A stretch of DNA of 64,000 bases from Amoebophrya sp. A120 (taxonomy: Eukaryota; Protista; Dinoflagellata): positions 11,472,591 to 11,536,590 of the forward strand of contig CAJINV010000002.1 of NCBI GenBank assembly GCA_905178155.1. Direction: 5' to 3'. Made by a program: the position numbers and the translations under genes. Shown in pieces: positions 13,301 through 25,000 of this stretch. Under the pieces are notes generated by a model. It saw only the letters and a list, made by a program, of their open reading frames with translations. It had not been told where the DNA came from and did not search any database. Position 1 is the first letter of the stretch. Each line of letters starts with the position of its first letter.

Positions 13301-13898
13301 GCGTCCTGGTCGTTGACGTGGTCACCCGTTGGTTTGTCGGCTGTGTAAAAACGTCGACGGCGAACAGGTCGTGCTCCGGCAGCCCGGGAATCTTTTGACA
13401 CGTGCAATCTACGTGCCGCGTCGACCCGTAGCTGTAGCTCGCTGCTTCCTTCGCCTGCTGGAAGTTGATGCGCGTGTCCAGCAGAAGGCGCCCCCGACTC
13501 GTTTTCACCAGCTCCTCGGCGGACGCGGTAATGTTCTGCGCAAACCTCGCGTACTCCGCTTTGTAACTGTCACCAACGCAGCAGCAACAGCACCCCGTCT
13601 GCTCCGTGCGGAAGGGTGTCAACTCTCCGGCGCCCCGCTTGCTGCAAGTCTGCGCCGCCCAGGCCGGGGCGGTCTTGGGATTCTTTGCGCGGTACTCCCG
13701 GTACCATTGTGGCTCCTCGTGACTCGAATGCAGGCGGTGGAGTTGCCGGTCCTGCTGGTGGTCAAGTTTTTGCAGAGCCTTCTTCGACGCCTCCCGGCCG
13801 ATCGCAATGATGAAGACCTTTTTACCTCTGGGGTAGAGGAGCAGCAGGTGAAGAAAACGCCTGATTCTTGTGCGATGAAACAGAAACATCACCGACAT
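10302..13898 (-). CDS. 1198-aa predicted single-pass membrane protein with a Cys-rich N-terminal region, function unknown
   Basis: Uninterrupted ORF. Hydrophobic stretch LWFLLLPLLYILPLLILLLVLVL followed by CCCPNNLLCDHCCPACRC. Many cysteines upstream and a long charged tail. Confidence 0.75.
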   Translation of the reverse strand: MSVMFLFHRTRIRRFLHLLLLYPRGKKVFIIAIGREASKKALQKLDHQQDRQLHRLHSSHEEPQWYREYRAKNPKTAPAWAAQTCSKRGAGELTPFRTEQTGCCCCCVGDSYKAEYARFAQNITASAEELVKTSRGRLLLDTRINFQQAKEAASYSYGSTRHVDCTCQKIPGLPEHDLFAVDVFTQPTNQRVTTSTTRTQEEERPVSFLDQEDEQHHAEDDPLRSSHPMQAFFSLGPENSRALDDGSASEEMDSECCARYCTAVCHDTPDRLQDYEYVMSYWAKLEQRGNFVDHVGCEPNVVNDLQSLTLSCIREEPAQWCLKHEVDGKPVPLLPYSFTEEAREAQMKFALVKEENQNLFGGQSGLLAWFVTADNADDATKTPYSGYHRLTPCEMYLCALLEQREGFVYEDSGCPETVSLWFLLLPLLYILPLLILLLVLVLCCCPNNLLCDHCCPACRCAQRSRKASHYSTVEKDMQNASLRNKKESIDLTWKVDRDDLYSASSPFKSYPPEEAEISEKRKSKQMLKKQEKQLLQRQLNATTSEEEQFGLIYTSSGAASKNSALSSTYPDNDGKIGGGLQLEPQAQEQRFSSIASAFAGNQTSLPVSSSATRYTVGVDYADYPSQGAVRMSSTLAKAEPKADAADLLVLSEEHSEKKKQATQNHIEHTEKLVGFLKGKREKKTRQLTSPEREKHVTKDDEDKPKDGSKKGNKNKDNEVDTTRSLQDEAVDFSIARIEIDIKKKTREATAVLAKFHPDIPQQEAEHLAGLLVLRRKDQEHGSESENKATTTDEETDADLGVQAVRPQKRGSPLERPHAGHETDVWWGRYFDSSGESAASTATAFKGNFANNLESLAKYFTCLEVLSRAQVRDDSLVAKISAAFVAQEDVLRTVDAPVPGEFLAALKRKNKGRKSAFPDGKDAAVFDKLQTWRDVKEYVTCLKLFLLEVDKIDENENDLKSSVEFSLLHEFSLLHQVAVAYAVGQLNTTSLTAAAGALSGEAKEKKTHPLDKKISESHFFQKIEKTTKQTSRADTAQKGSSRPQGTEKDQVAHAGEFFALLAWIRERKAELSTDLWWPYGDYAAELKKARKNKETSKTKKNALQPAHQHQDRPDAAVANNDKRFPAMTAHDPTSPDKQGLASLRDLRGVTAGLTTALLQDRRGGRNDAGDSTPTSVASSRARRKNLKSPQSLSKKNNDT

Positions 13899-16711
13899 CT
13901 AATTATATTCTCATCCATTAGGCGAAATAAAATGAATCATCGTTGTATGCGCAAAGTTTGAAACTGCTTCGTTTTCTGCGAGCATTTTTTTGCTTCGCGC
14001 CTTTTGCCGCTGCTGTTCCTGATTCGAGCAGGAGCGTCTGATTTTTACTGCATTAAAGAGCTACCAGAAGACAATGAATAAAGAGGAACCCAACACCTTT
14101 GTTCGATCAATCTAAGTCTAATTTCAGAAAAAAAATTTCAACCTACTTACTGCTACATGAAAAATCACTAGTGCAATTCTGATTTTATTCGAGGAGAACC
14201 AAAACAACCTTACAGAAAGAGCAGTATGTTCGATTGACGCAACTTTATGTGCGTCGAATAAAACACGAGCACGGCACCGAGGTACGCCGAATTCGATAAA
14301 AATATTCATCAAGGGGTTCGTTCCGATTCTCTCTACGAATCGAAGATGGTAGACGAAACGATCACACGAATTCTTCAGCGAGAGCGATCACAATGTTGGA
14401 AAATAAATACGCGTCTACGATTTTTGACGAAAACCAGCAGGATGAGACGAGAGATTCCTAATGTTGAAAGCCAAACAAAATCAAGCAAAGGATAATGTAG
14501 TCCGTGAACTCGTCTAGACGTCCGCTAGACGCGGTACTTTCACGACTTTTTTAGTTGGCAAAAAGAGCGGACAGACTTCTTGTTCCAAGGGTCCGTCCCG
14601 TGAGGCAAGCTCTTTACGGGTATATCTTCTTTTATTATGTTTTTTTGATTTTCGTTTTTGTTCGTTTTTGTGATTTGTGTCGGTCGTCCAATTTTCAGCT
14701 CCGCAACCTTCACTGTTGAAGAATTGGCAACGCTTCTTCCATCTCAATACGGCGTTGTCATCGTGCTTTCAAACCGATAGGACCATGGTCTGCTGCTTCA
14801 CTTCTCCACTGTGTTGGTTGATCACAGTCGTCATCGGTGTTTCTTATTTTTGCTTCTTTCCCCAATAAATCACAAATGAAATAAAGTACATGGCAGTCGT
14901 GATGAAGCCAGTTTTTGACAAAGCTAAAGCTATCGCAACCAGAAAAGGGTGATACAGAGGCTGCCTGGCGGGGTTGGGTGTCAGAGATACTTAGTTCCGT
15001 CGTGTTGTTGTGTCAGTCTATAAGGATCGAGTCTCGCAGTAAATGAGCAAATACACCCTGGCTACTACTAGCCGCTCAAGGTTAAAAGATATGGTCGTTG
15101 CGTCATTGCTTTCCAGACACACCCCTGTTGCCTCAGTCATCGCGGTCGCAGCATCAGGAAAGGATCGGAAAGCAATGTTAGGGTTGGGGGGTGCTCGCAG
15201 TCGCAATTCGTTTTTCTTTTTCGTACTGCGCACGAGGAGATTTCATATTCATCTGTTTGACGATAACAAACAGATCGAGGACAATAGCAAAATGTGTGTT
15301 TGTGCATTTTTGACTAGCTTGGTTGCAAATGGATTGATAGAATTGCTTTATCGAAAAAGTGTTTTTATTACCAATAATCAGAAAGTTGAGTTTTCGCCGG
15401 CCACACCCATTATCCCCGAATCACATCTGGGTAGAGTGTTTAACAGATTACATCAGTACCAGAAGTTCAAGTTCTTTAATTCATCAGCATGATATTCCTC
15501 TCGTACTACCTGCTCAAGTAGACACAGCTCCCTGTTACGCTTACCGAAAAACTAGATCCATTAAAATGCTGCTTTGTCAATCGAATCGAACGGCTTGGCT
15601 TTTTATACTAACTACCAAGTTAGGGGACCACTAGTGAGAAAAAATCTGAACCAATGCTACAGATTTGTGCCGTAAAAATAGGTAGAGAGACAGCTCATGG
15701 ATGCAGACATAGCCACATCCTAGCTTTCTTCCCTGCTGCCTTCACAGCGAAGTAGAGTCCATAGGTGTAGTTTCTCCGGACGAGCCGTTCTAGTTGGTGC
15801 TATAAAAAACTTTGTTGACGATCCTTAAAAAAGTAGCTGAAGACAGATTTTCTAGTTTATTTGGTATCGATACTTACTGAACCACAAAACAAAAGAAGAA
15901 GCTCTCGCGAAAGAGCAGAGGAAGTTTTGTTCGCTCGCCTCCTGCTTCTTCGGCGAATAGTTATTTGTATTGCAGTTCCGAGTGAAGATTTGTTGATACT
16001 GGAGCAGAAGATCAGTGCTGGTGGTGCCGACATATATTAATAGATGACCTTTTTTCAGAATGTTCTCGAGAGTTATATATGTATAGTTCACAAGTTTTGA
16101 TGAATCCAGGGATGATGCTATGGCGCTCACGAAACAAAAGTAGTTGAAGTAACAGTAAAGTAGCTGGATGTAGTCGTTGTCTTTTTCAATATCATTGTCC
16201 GCCTGCGACAGTAAGTTATAGGAAAGATGTTGAAAACTGTGAAAAAGTGCCTCCGCCAACTCCGGTCGTGGTCAGCGGAATTAGCGATAATATCCGTCTT
16301 CGATGAAGTCTACGGATATCAATTGGCGCAAGAGAGATTGCTTTTGCTGTACGCCCGTACCTTGGCTTCTTAGCATCAGTCCCTCATTTTGTGGGAGGTC
16401 GCAGACGGGCTTGCTTCTCGCAGCTGGTTGCTGCTTCAGTCGAGGTATCAGAAGTCACGCTAGTTGCAGAAACTTATAGGTTCGCAAAGAAAATTGCAGG
16501 AAGAGGTGAGTGAAAAGGTTCTTGCAGGCCCTTCTCTTATCAAGCATTGCTGCGGCAGAGGCAAAATTGATGGAGATGGTTCCTCTCGAACTCGAATTCG
16601 GGAAGTCGCTGTCGCTTTCTTTCTTCGTCAATTCTTTTCTGAATAAGGAGATTCTTGTCGTGGTGAAACCGCTAGGCATGTGGAGGCTTAAAAAATTCCG
16701 CTCGTTCTATG

Positions 16712-19700
16712 TTACCGCCGATGGTGATGGCCGCCCGGCCCAGCCGATGGGTGGTGCTGGCCACCGCCGCCGTGGTGATGTCTACTGCTGGAAGACAGCG
16801 ACGTTTGGCAGAACGGATGCTTAAGCGCTTCGTCAGCATCCGGGCGCTTCGCCGGGTCAAGCGTGGTAAGCTGGTGCATAAAGTCGCCCGCACTCTTCAT
16901 CATCTGCATGTACTTCACGGCAGCCGGGTCCCTGCTGTTACGGGTTTTGGCATCCAGGTGCGCGGTCAGCTGGTCTGTAAACACCGAAGCCGTGTTGGTA
17001 GGGAAGGACAAAACCTTCTTCGTAGTGTCCCGCAGAGTGCTGCGGTCCATGTAGACGTGGCTGTTTTATTGAATAAATATGAATATTATATTCACATGTT
17101 GAAAAGGTCATCTGCGTCGTTCGATTGCGGATGCGGGAACACGACGTTGCCCCCAGAAAGATTCAGAGTGATAAAGTCGCATCTCAGAAAAAAAAAAGAA
17201 TTTCAAACAAGAAATAAACTAAACAAGTACACAAAGTCCATCCCGGGTTCATCGAAGTATTTTTTCCAACACCGCCCGCTCTTGATCATTTTGCCGCTCA
17301 TTTTACCCTTGATGTCCATGATCACCTTGAGCTGATCGTTATTTGTGTCACCCTTGAAGAGGATCTTGGAGGTCAAGCACTCCCACACCGTGCAGGCCGC
17401 GCTCCAAATGTCGATCTTAGCGTCCCAGTTGGCCTCGATGATAACCTCCGGTGCGCGGTAGAACCGGGACACTTGATAGCCGTTGGACTCCACCTCGTGG
17501 GAGTCCAAAGCGGAGCCGAGATCGCAGATCTTCAGCAGAATTTGCTTGTTCGGGTCGTTGACCAGCAGATTATCCGGCTTGATATCGGCATGAATGATGC
17601 CGTTCCGATGGATGTGCCGTAAGCCCACCATGAACTGCTTGGTCCACTGTTGCGCCAGACCCAGAGATACGCCGCGATCTGTAGGTGGTGGAATTCAATG
17701 ATTTATACTTCTTTTTTTTTGCGGCCCGATATTAATTTTTTGAGCTGCTAGAATATAAGTAGATCATCTCGGTGCCTTCCATTGCTGTTTGTTGTTTGTG
17801 TTCATGCGTGAAGGTGGGAACGCGTTTACACACCTTTTTCTTCTAGCGCTATTTCAAGAAAAACCCTCGCTGTTATGAAAGCCGCTCAATGCGAGAATTT
17901 GATATTTATTATATTGCGGGATAACTTGGGAGAACTCATGCTTGCAGATGAAGCATCTATCTTATCATGATAAATGATGAATGAGTAAGTACCTCTTTTG
18001 CTGAAGGCCTTGATTCCCTCGCGCAGAGAGCACATCATAGCTTCAAACACCATGCAGGTATGGCCGCGGTAGACAAAGGTCTCGATGAGACGGATCACAG
18101 AACGGCGGTTGTCCGGATCTTTTTTGTTCAACCGTTTCAGAATCAGAATCTCCTTCTGTGCCGCTTTTGCCATCATAGCGTTGTCGCCTGTATTTCGAGA
18201 AATCAACCCATTTCAATTCATCGCTCGGTAATTTGAAATTACTGTTTGTTGTTCGTTTTCTTCTTCATACTCTGTGCAAACAACGAAACATCAAACACTA
18301 GCCAATGACCACGTGCTGCGCAGTTCTCACTTATTATTTATGCAAGCAAAAGCCTTTTATAAATAAAGTACGGATGAACTTGACGGCGACCTCCCGCTTG
18401 GTCGCCTTGTCGGTGCAGCGTGCGACGCCGGAGAACACTCCCTTTCCCACGTGGTCGTTGATGACATGGTACCGGTCCATGATGAGCTCGCCCATCTTGG
18501 GGATGTAGTAGCCCTCTTCGTTGTTCCAGTCCTCGGCCCCGGCCCCGTGGTTTTGCAGCTTCTTGGCGTGGCCAGTGTCCCCGGCGTCGAAGATTTCGCC
18601 GAACATATTGTCCGCCGCGGCCTGTTCGTGAGTTGATTGTTTTGGGGAGTTCTTTTTCGGCCCTCCTTCCACCTCTAAGTCATGTTGTTTCTCGTCCTCT
18701 TTTTTCGAAAGACGGATGAACTCGTTGAGTTCCTGCATACCAGTGGCCCCCAACTCCCGGTTCAGCTCGTCGTTCAAGTGGGGTTGGTTCTCCTGTTCGT
18801 TACTGTCCTCGTCGTCTTCCGTCGGGGCGCTAGGGGATGCCATCGCGCCGTAGGGAGTTCCGGTCAAAGGGTCGACCTGGTAAAGTTTTTTCATTGAACA
18901 TGATTGTCATGATCCAAGACCTCAAGAAAGTAGGTGCTCTTCAGTACATCTTCGAGATTGTAGCTTCTATACATCGCGATCATCTTCACGTTTTTAATCA
19001 CAAAAGTGATGAAAAAGGAAAAAAAGACGTCCAGCAGCATAGGTTTACTGAGGGTGGTGCGATCATTAATTCCTTCCTCGTGTCCTGCTTTTCCGCGGAG
19101 CTCTGGTCGCCGCCGCTGGTACTGGCGTGTTTTGCCATGATCGCTGCCCGCTTTTCTAGTCGCTCTTTTCTTAACCTCTCCAACCGCGCCTCCTCATTCT
19201 CCTCCTCCACGTGTTCCTCCTCTTCGATGTCCTTGATATCCAAATCGGAAGAGGGCTCGTCGAAGTCCTTGCTGTTCTGCTTCGCCTTGCCGCTCTTGTT
19301 GCGGCTCAGGTGATGCTGGTGGTTGTCGCTGTAATTGCTCCCCGCGCGCTGGCGCGACCGGCTGTTATGGCGGCGTCCCCCTCGAGCCCGACTGTCGCCA
19401 CGATAGCCGCGACCGCGGTCGTTGTTTCGTGAAGGGCCACCTCCGCGCGGTGACTTGTTGTACGACGACTTGTGGTGTCTGTCGTTTCCTCGCGGACTAC
19501 CGCCCTTGCTACGATGGTGGTTATCTGGTCCTCCGCCACGGCCGCGGGGTGATTTCTCCTTTCCTCGGTCTCTAGAGGTCTCTTTGTGCTGTCCTCGCTG
19601 CCGCTTGGCGGCCTCGTCCCTCTCGCGGCGCTCCCGGCTCTTTTTCCCGCGCGACCGACTTCGTTTTTTCGGCCTGGTGTCGATGTCACGGGGGTTGTTC

Positions 19701-20512
19701 AGACTCTTTTCTTTCTCCACCCGCAGACTTTCCGTCTTTTTAATGTGCTTCAGTTCCTTTTCCGTTTTCGCGGGGCCTGAGGTGGCGACTATGGTCCCGG
19801 AAATTGCCTTGTTCAGGCCGGAGGAAGAGGTTTGCGACTTGGTCTTGGCCAGATCCTCGCTCGCTTTCCGCTCTACTGGAGGCGGCGCCGGTGCAGCGCC
19901 AGCAGACGGAGCTGCACCATCTTTGCTACTATGGTCCTTATTCATCTGCTCCTTGTTCGACGTACCGTTTGCGATGACCGCAGAAGCAGCGCTGTCCTTG
20001 TTGCCGTGCTGGTCCTTATTGTTGTCTTTTGATGAACTGTTTGGCTTCAGAACCACGCCGCCGTTGGCCGTTGTGATGGTCTTCGGCGGTTGATGCGTCT
20101 TGTCACCGCTACTCGTCTTCGTATCCCTGTCTTTTTCCTTGCTTGCTTTCTCGTTTTTCGAAGGAGCTTTCACCCCGTTTGCCTCCGGCTCGCCACGCGA
20201 TTTTCGCGGCCGGCTGCGACTACGGTTATTTTTCGTGCGATCTCGGTCGCGGTCTTTTGTGTCTTTTCGACTTCTATGCTCGTCTTTGTCGCGGTCCTTC
20301 GACCTTTTTGCCGTCCTGTCCCGGTCGCGCTCACGCTCTCGATCGCGCTTCTTGTCATGGTGCTGCTCTTTCCGATCCTTGTCTCTTTTGCTATTGTCGC
20401 GGTCTCGATCCCGATCTCGCCGGTGGTCTTTGCCAGACGGTTTTGCGCCGCGGTCCTTCTCTTTTCCGGCCGAAACCAGGGAAATATCTGACACGTCACT
20501 ATCGCTTGCCAT
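16712..20512 (-). CDS. PRP4: PRP4 (PRPF4B-like) spliceosomal CMGC kinase, 5 exons
   Basis: RS/RD-rich N-terminus. DWNNEEGYY pre-kinase motif, GKGVFSGV, VAVKFIR, LKRLNKKDPDNRRSVIRL, HADIKPDN, KICDLGSA, VSRFYRAPE and C-terminal LDPAKR...ALKHPF. Four GT-AG introns join ORFs 18998..20521, 18334..18894, 17886..18206, 17203..17631 and 16712..17050 in frame. Confidence 0.92.
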
Positions 20513-22024
20513 TATTTTCAAATGTTGAAGGTAGCCTTTAACTTTCTCAGCGACGTTCGTTGTTCTGCTTCTTTCCTATTCGCTGATAAAAGCAGCTCGT
20601 CCGGCTAGGATGTACGCAGAACAGTACGTGGGATAAGTACTTGGCTCCAGGAACAAGAAGAAGGCGGCGCTGGGACCATATTCTTACTGTTGATCAGTGC
20701 AGTTCCTAGCAGGCTGTATCTACATTCTATGTTTACGTAGCTACGTGGCAGAGGATACCACCATCAGATTTCTGTTGTTGCAGAAAATCTCATCCGTAAA
20801 CAGGACAGCTAGCCCTCGGTTGTGAGGCGTCACGCAGCAGGACAACAAGGACGAGTCGGCAAATTGGCAGAAAGAGATGAAAGTGTAGGTACTAATATCG
20901 CACTGAGATGGTTCTTACTCGTAAAAGTGATGTGAAACAAATTTACTCTATCGTCTCCTCTATATGCCAGACACTCGCGCTGTGAATAAGTATGTGAATC
21001 ATGTGGGTTACAACGGAAGATTTGGCGAAGCTGCCAGATTGATAGGAAATGCTTTTATTCTTAGCAATTGATTTGATCTCCCATGTGTAGTGTCCGTCCA
21101 AGGTGCGTACCAAGGTTAGAGATTTTCCATCTAGATTTACTCGATTCTGCACAGGGGTAAGTATCTATATTCAGCTTGCGTTCTTCTAAGATGGATCCGT
21201 GCCAAAAAAACGCTATCGCTTGGACAATTCGAGAGAACAGAAAATTGAAGTAGTTGACATTCATTTTGATATTGTACGGTCTTCTTTGTGCGCTTAGACT
21301 TACTGTCTTACACTTTTTTGCTTTTCCACGCGCTTTGTGAACTTCAATTTGATGTTCTTAATTTGTGAAGTCCTTTTTCTTCTCGTCGCACTTTTTCAGA
21401 GCAAATTGTCGTAAAAAGGTACGTCAGGAGAAGGTCGCGCAATGTTGCTCGCTCATGTCCAAAGCTTTTTTATCCAAACTTTTAACTTTTGATGTCACCT
21501 GCTTTCATTCTTCGAAGCTAATTTGAAGGAATCTCAGAAATTCTGCACCACTCCCACAGAGAGCAAAAGACGACACGAACAAACTCAGATTGTTTTGCTG
21601 TGCTGCACAGGCAACGACAATCAAGTATTTTCAAGCGAAAATGGCAAATCGTGTATCATTCGCAAACGCGAAAAAGAAAATGTCGATTGTCGCCAGTGTT
21701 ACATCAGTAGGTACCCGCGTACTTTTGCAGCACGAAGGCACACAACAATGAAGATCTTTTGATCACTACGTCGCTTGATTGCGCGCTTTCTTTTGCTTCG
21801 CATGTAGTACAAACATCGGCTCCTTCCTGGACGCCGGCGTAATAGTACTCTAGTATTCAAATTTCAATTTACTCTAGCACGGGAATTCTAAAATTCTTTC
21901 ATGCGTTATTGTCGCTTTTTGCCTTGGCTTGTTTTCTACAGGGAAAGTAAATATCGACACCTCAATGTCGCTTCAAACACGAAGTCGAGTCTTCCATCGT
22001 AACACTTCATCGTATCAATCAACC

Positions 22025-25000
22025 TCAATCCATGCCATACAAGTCTCCGCCGCCGAGGATACTGCGCCCGTGCTCCAGTTGCAGCACTTTCAGGCTTGGT
22101 GCTCTTTCCAGTGGCTCCTCCTCCTCCTCGTCCTCTGAGCCGGCGTCTGAAGAACCCGTCCCACATGCACCTTGCCGATCGTCTGGCTCTGACTCAGACT
22201 CGCTGACGCAGGAAGACGCGGTCTCTTCATCTCGATCCTCTTCCTCCTCCGACGAGGACGTGAACAGATGTGACGAAGAAGACGAACCGTCTTGATGCTC
22301 CGAAGGAGACGATTCGCCACTAGTGTCCGCGTCCGCTTCCGCATCCGGAGTATCATGATCCAGTGCGTGGCTGTGGTTGACTGGAGCAGGTGACGGCACC
22401 GCCGTGCTCTGCGGCGAGGTGGGGGGGCACGTCGGCGTGTCGTTCTCCGCATCGTCTTGGTCTTTCGCGTGGCAAGATCTTGTCGCCGCGGTTTCTTCAG
22501 AAAGAAGGTCCGCTTTGTTTTCAACTGCTGAAAAAACAGCGGGCATAGGACGAGACTGGCGAATCATCTGGTCACCCACGACAGCCGGAGCTGGTTGCTC
22601 GGCCTTCCTCGTGTGATGATCCACATCTCGGAAACGCTCCAGGGAAAGTTTGACGCTTCCAGCAACGTCCTCCTCACCGAAAGAGCAGGAACCGGCCCAG
22701 CTACGAAGTGGCGGATCAGGTAGCCGATAGGGATTTTTACAATCGATCCGACATAATGTTGTCTTCACTGGGGGTCGTACGCCCTCCCCTGGCTTTGCAT
22801 TTCCACCCGGCACCGTCGTTTTTTGCAGTACCCCCGAAGATGTTGGAGGTGTGTACACGAAGGGAAGCGGCTGGGTGGCGTTCTTCAAAATGCCTTTCTT
22901 CGGGAATAACACAGCAGCGCGGGAACTACACAGGTTGTTGCTCTGTCGGCAATCTACTGGCCGCGGAGACACAGAACTTTTCTTATCTACCACAGGGGTA
23001 GACGCACATGACAAATGGGGCGGTATGGACGCTGCAGCACCACCACGCGCAGGCTTCTGCTCCTCTGTAGCAACTCCTTTGCTGTGGTCCTTCCGCGTTT
23101 CTCGACACTCGCGTCCTCCTTGATGATGAGAGAGACTAGTACTTGGAGTCGGAGCCATATCAGGATGAGCAGATGCTGCATAATTATCCGATGCAAAAGA
23201 TGCGGACAGTGGCGGCACACGTCGCCCTTCGTCCTCCTCATGGTTGATCTTCTCGATGAGTTGTAGCATTTTCTGCTGCTGTTCGGTCAGAAAAATTGCG
23301 TCCAGGTTCATGTCCTCAACTTCCGACCCTTCCACGTCTTCTTCGAAAACGGACTCATCGGATGACGATAAAAGCTCGCTGCCGGAAGACGACGCAGCAT
23401 TATTAACATGCGGAGAACGTCGCTCACCTGCTGCGCGACGCTCTAGCGGAGTTCGCGCTTGACCAGAATGAGCATGATGCTCGTCACCAGGAGCGAAAGC
23501 CCTGCTCCTCACTTGAGCTCGTGCAACAGGAAAAACCTCCTTCCCGGCGCCATGCCGATTGCGCTTCAAGCACTCCCGCAGCTCGTCCACGTTTTTGATC
23601 ATTCCTGCTTTCTGCAACCTCGGAATCAGCTTCAGCATCTCCCGGCTGCCCTCGTACCCTGCTCGATGCGCCAGAAAGTCATCCGGAAAGGGAATCGCCC
23701 CGCCCTGGAAGCAGGAAAAGTCGAAGGGATCGTCGGTGTCAAACTCACTGTCGCTGCTTGCGGAGTACAAACCGGATTCGTAGCTACAGCCAGTCGTCCT
23801 GTGCAACCGTAACGCGCGCTCATGCTTGCGGCTCTGTTTGACCAGCATTCCGAACAGTCTCCGGGAAACAAGGCCGCTTTGCCTTGCTTGCCGCTCGTAC
23901 TTTCTTCCGACCTTCTCCATCGCTTTGCCCAAATGGTAATTGAAGTCGTGGGGCTTGTGTTTTCGAAACCTGTACGGGCCCCCGAGGTGGATGTAGTCCG
24001 GATTTTGAAATATGTGCGGGTTGTCGTGTGTAAAGCCCTGACGCTTGTAGTCGAAGAACTTTTCGTCCTCAACTTCGTCCTCCTGGAGATACTGCTTCAA
24101 AGCGTCGTCTTCACTGCTTGAGTCATCCACCTCTCCATGATAGTCATACTTTCTATCTCCGTGGTAATTTTTGTTGCCCGCTCCTGCATGAAAGTGGCCC
24201 GGCCTCTTGGTAGTTTCCCCGTAGTTTATTTCGTTTTCCCCGCCGCCGCTCCAGTTTTTCTCGCGGTCTACTTCGTCGGCACCATCTTCTAGCAGATCAT
24301 TGGAACTCGCATCGCTGTAGCCTATCAACTGTAAAAATGTCTGGGTCTGGAAGATTCTGACACTTGTCATGCACGTTTTGCATGAGCCCTGATGTCTGTG
24401 ATGCATACCCTAGCATCACAGATTTTTTGAGAGCTTCTTGATGCCTTCTCCGCATGACAAATGCCCTCTCCGCGTAGCAAAAATCACATTCCTTTTGGTA
24501 CTCATGCAATACAGATTTTTCTGGAATCCAAATGCAGCATCACAAGTTGCATTCTTCCAGACCCAGACACTTTTACACTTGATATAGCCCTGGTTATCCA
24601 AATATCGGTCCGGCTCCGCGGCCTTGTTTTGTGCCTTCGTCCGAAATATGGATTGCAAAAGTGTCTGGGTCTGGAAGGATTCGAACTTGTGATGCATGTT
24701 GCGAATCATACCAAAATCTGTGTTGCGTGACTCTCAAAAGGTGCCCATTTCTGGCCATGCTGAGAGGGCATTTGTCATGCAGAACAGGCATCACCAAGGG
24801 GCTGCAGATCCTGTGATGCTAGACCCGGCATTCCAGAATTGGTTGAACTTGGAAAAACTGCATCACAAATCTCGGAATCTTCCAGACCCAGACATATTCG
24901 CATTTGATACGAAATACTTTCCAGCGGAACTCATCCCACTCCTCTTCGTCGTCCGTATTGTTTGGCTGGTCGTTGCGGTAGCCCCGTGTGATTTCTTCAT

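Noticed and set aside
15852-16259. 135-aa minus-strand ORF downstream of PRP4
   Set aside because: AT-rich, non-ATG start, no domain; more likely UTR or intergenic.
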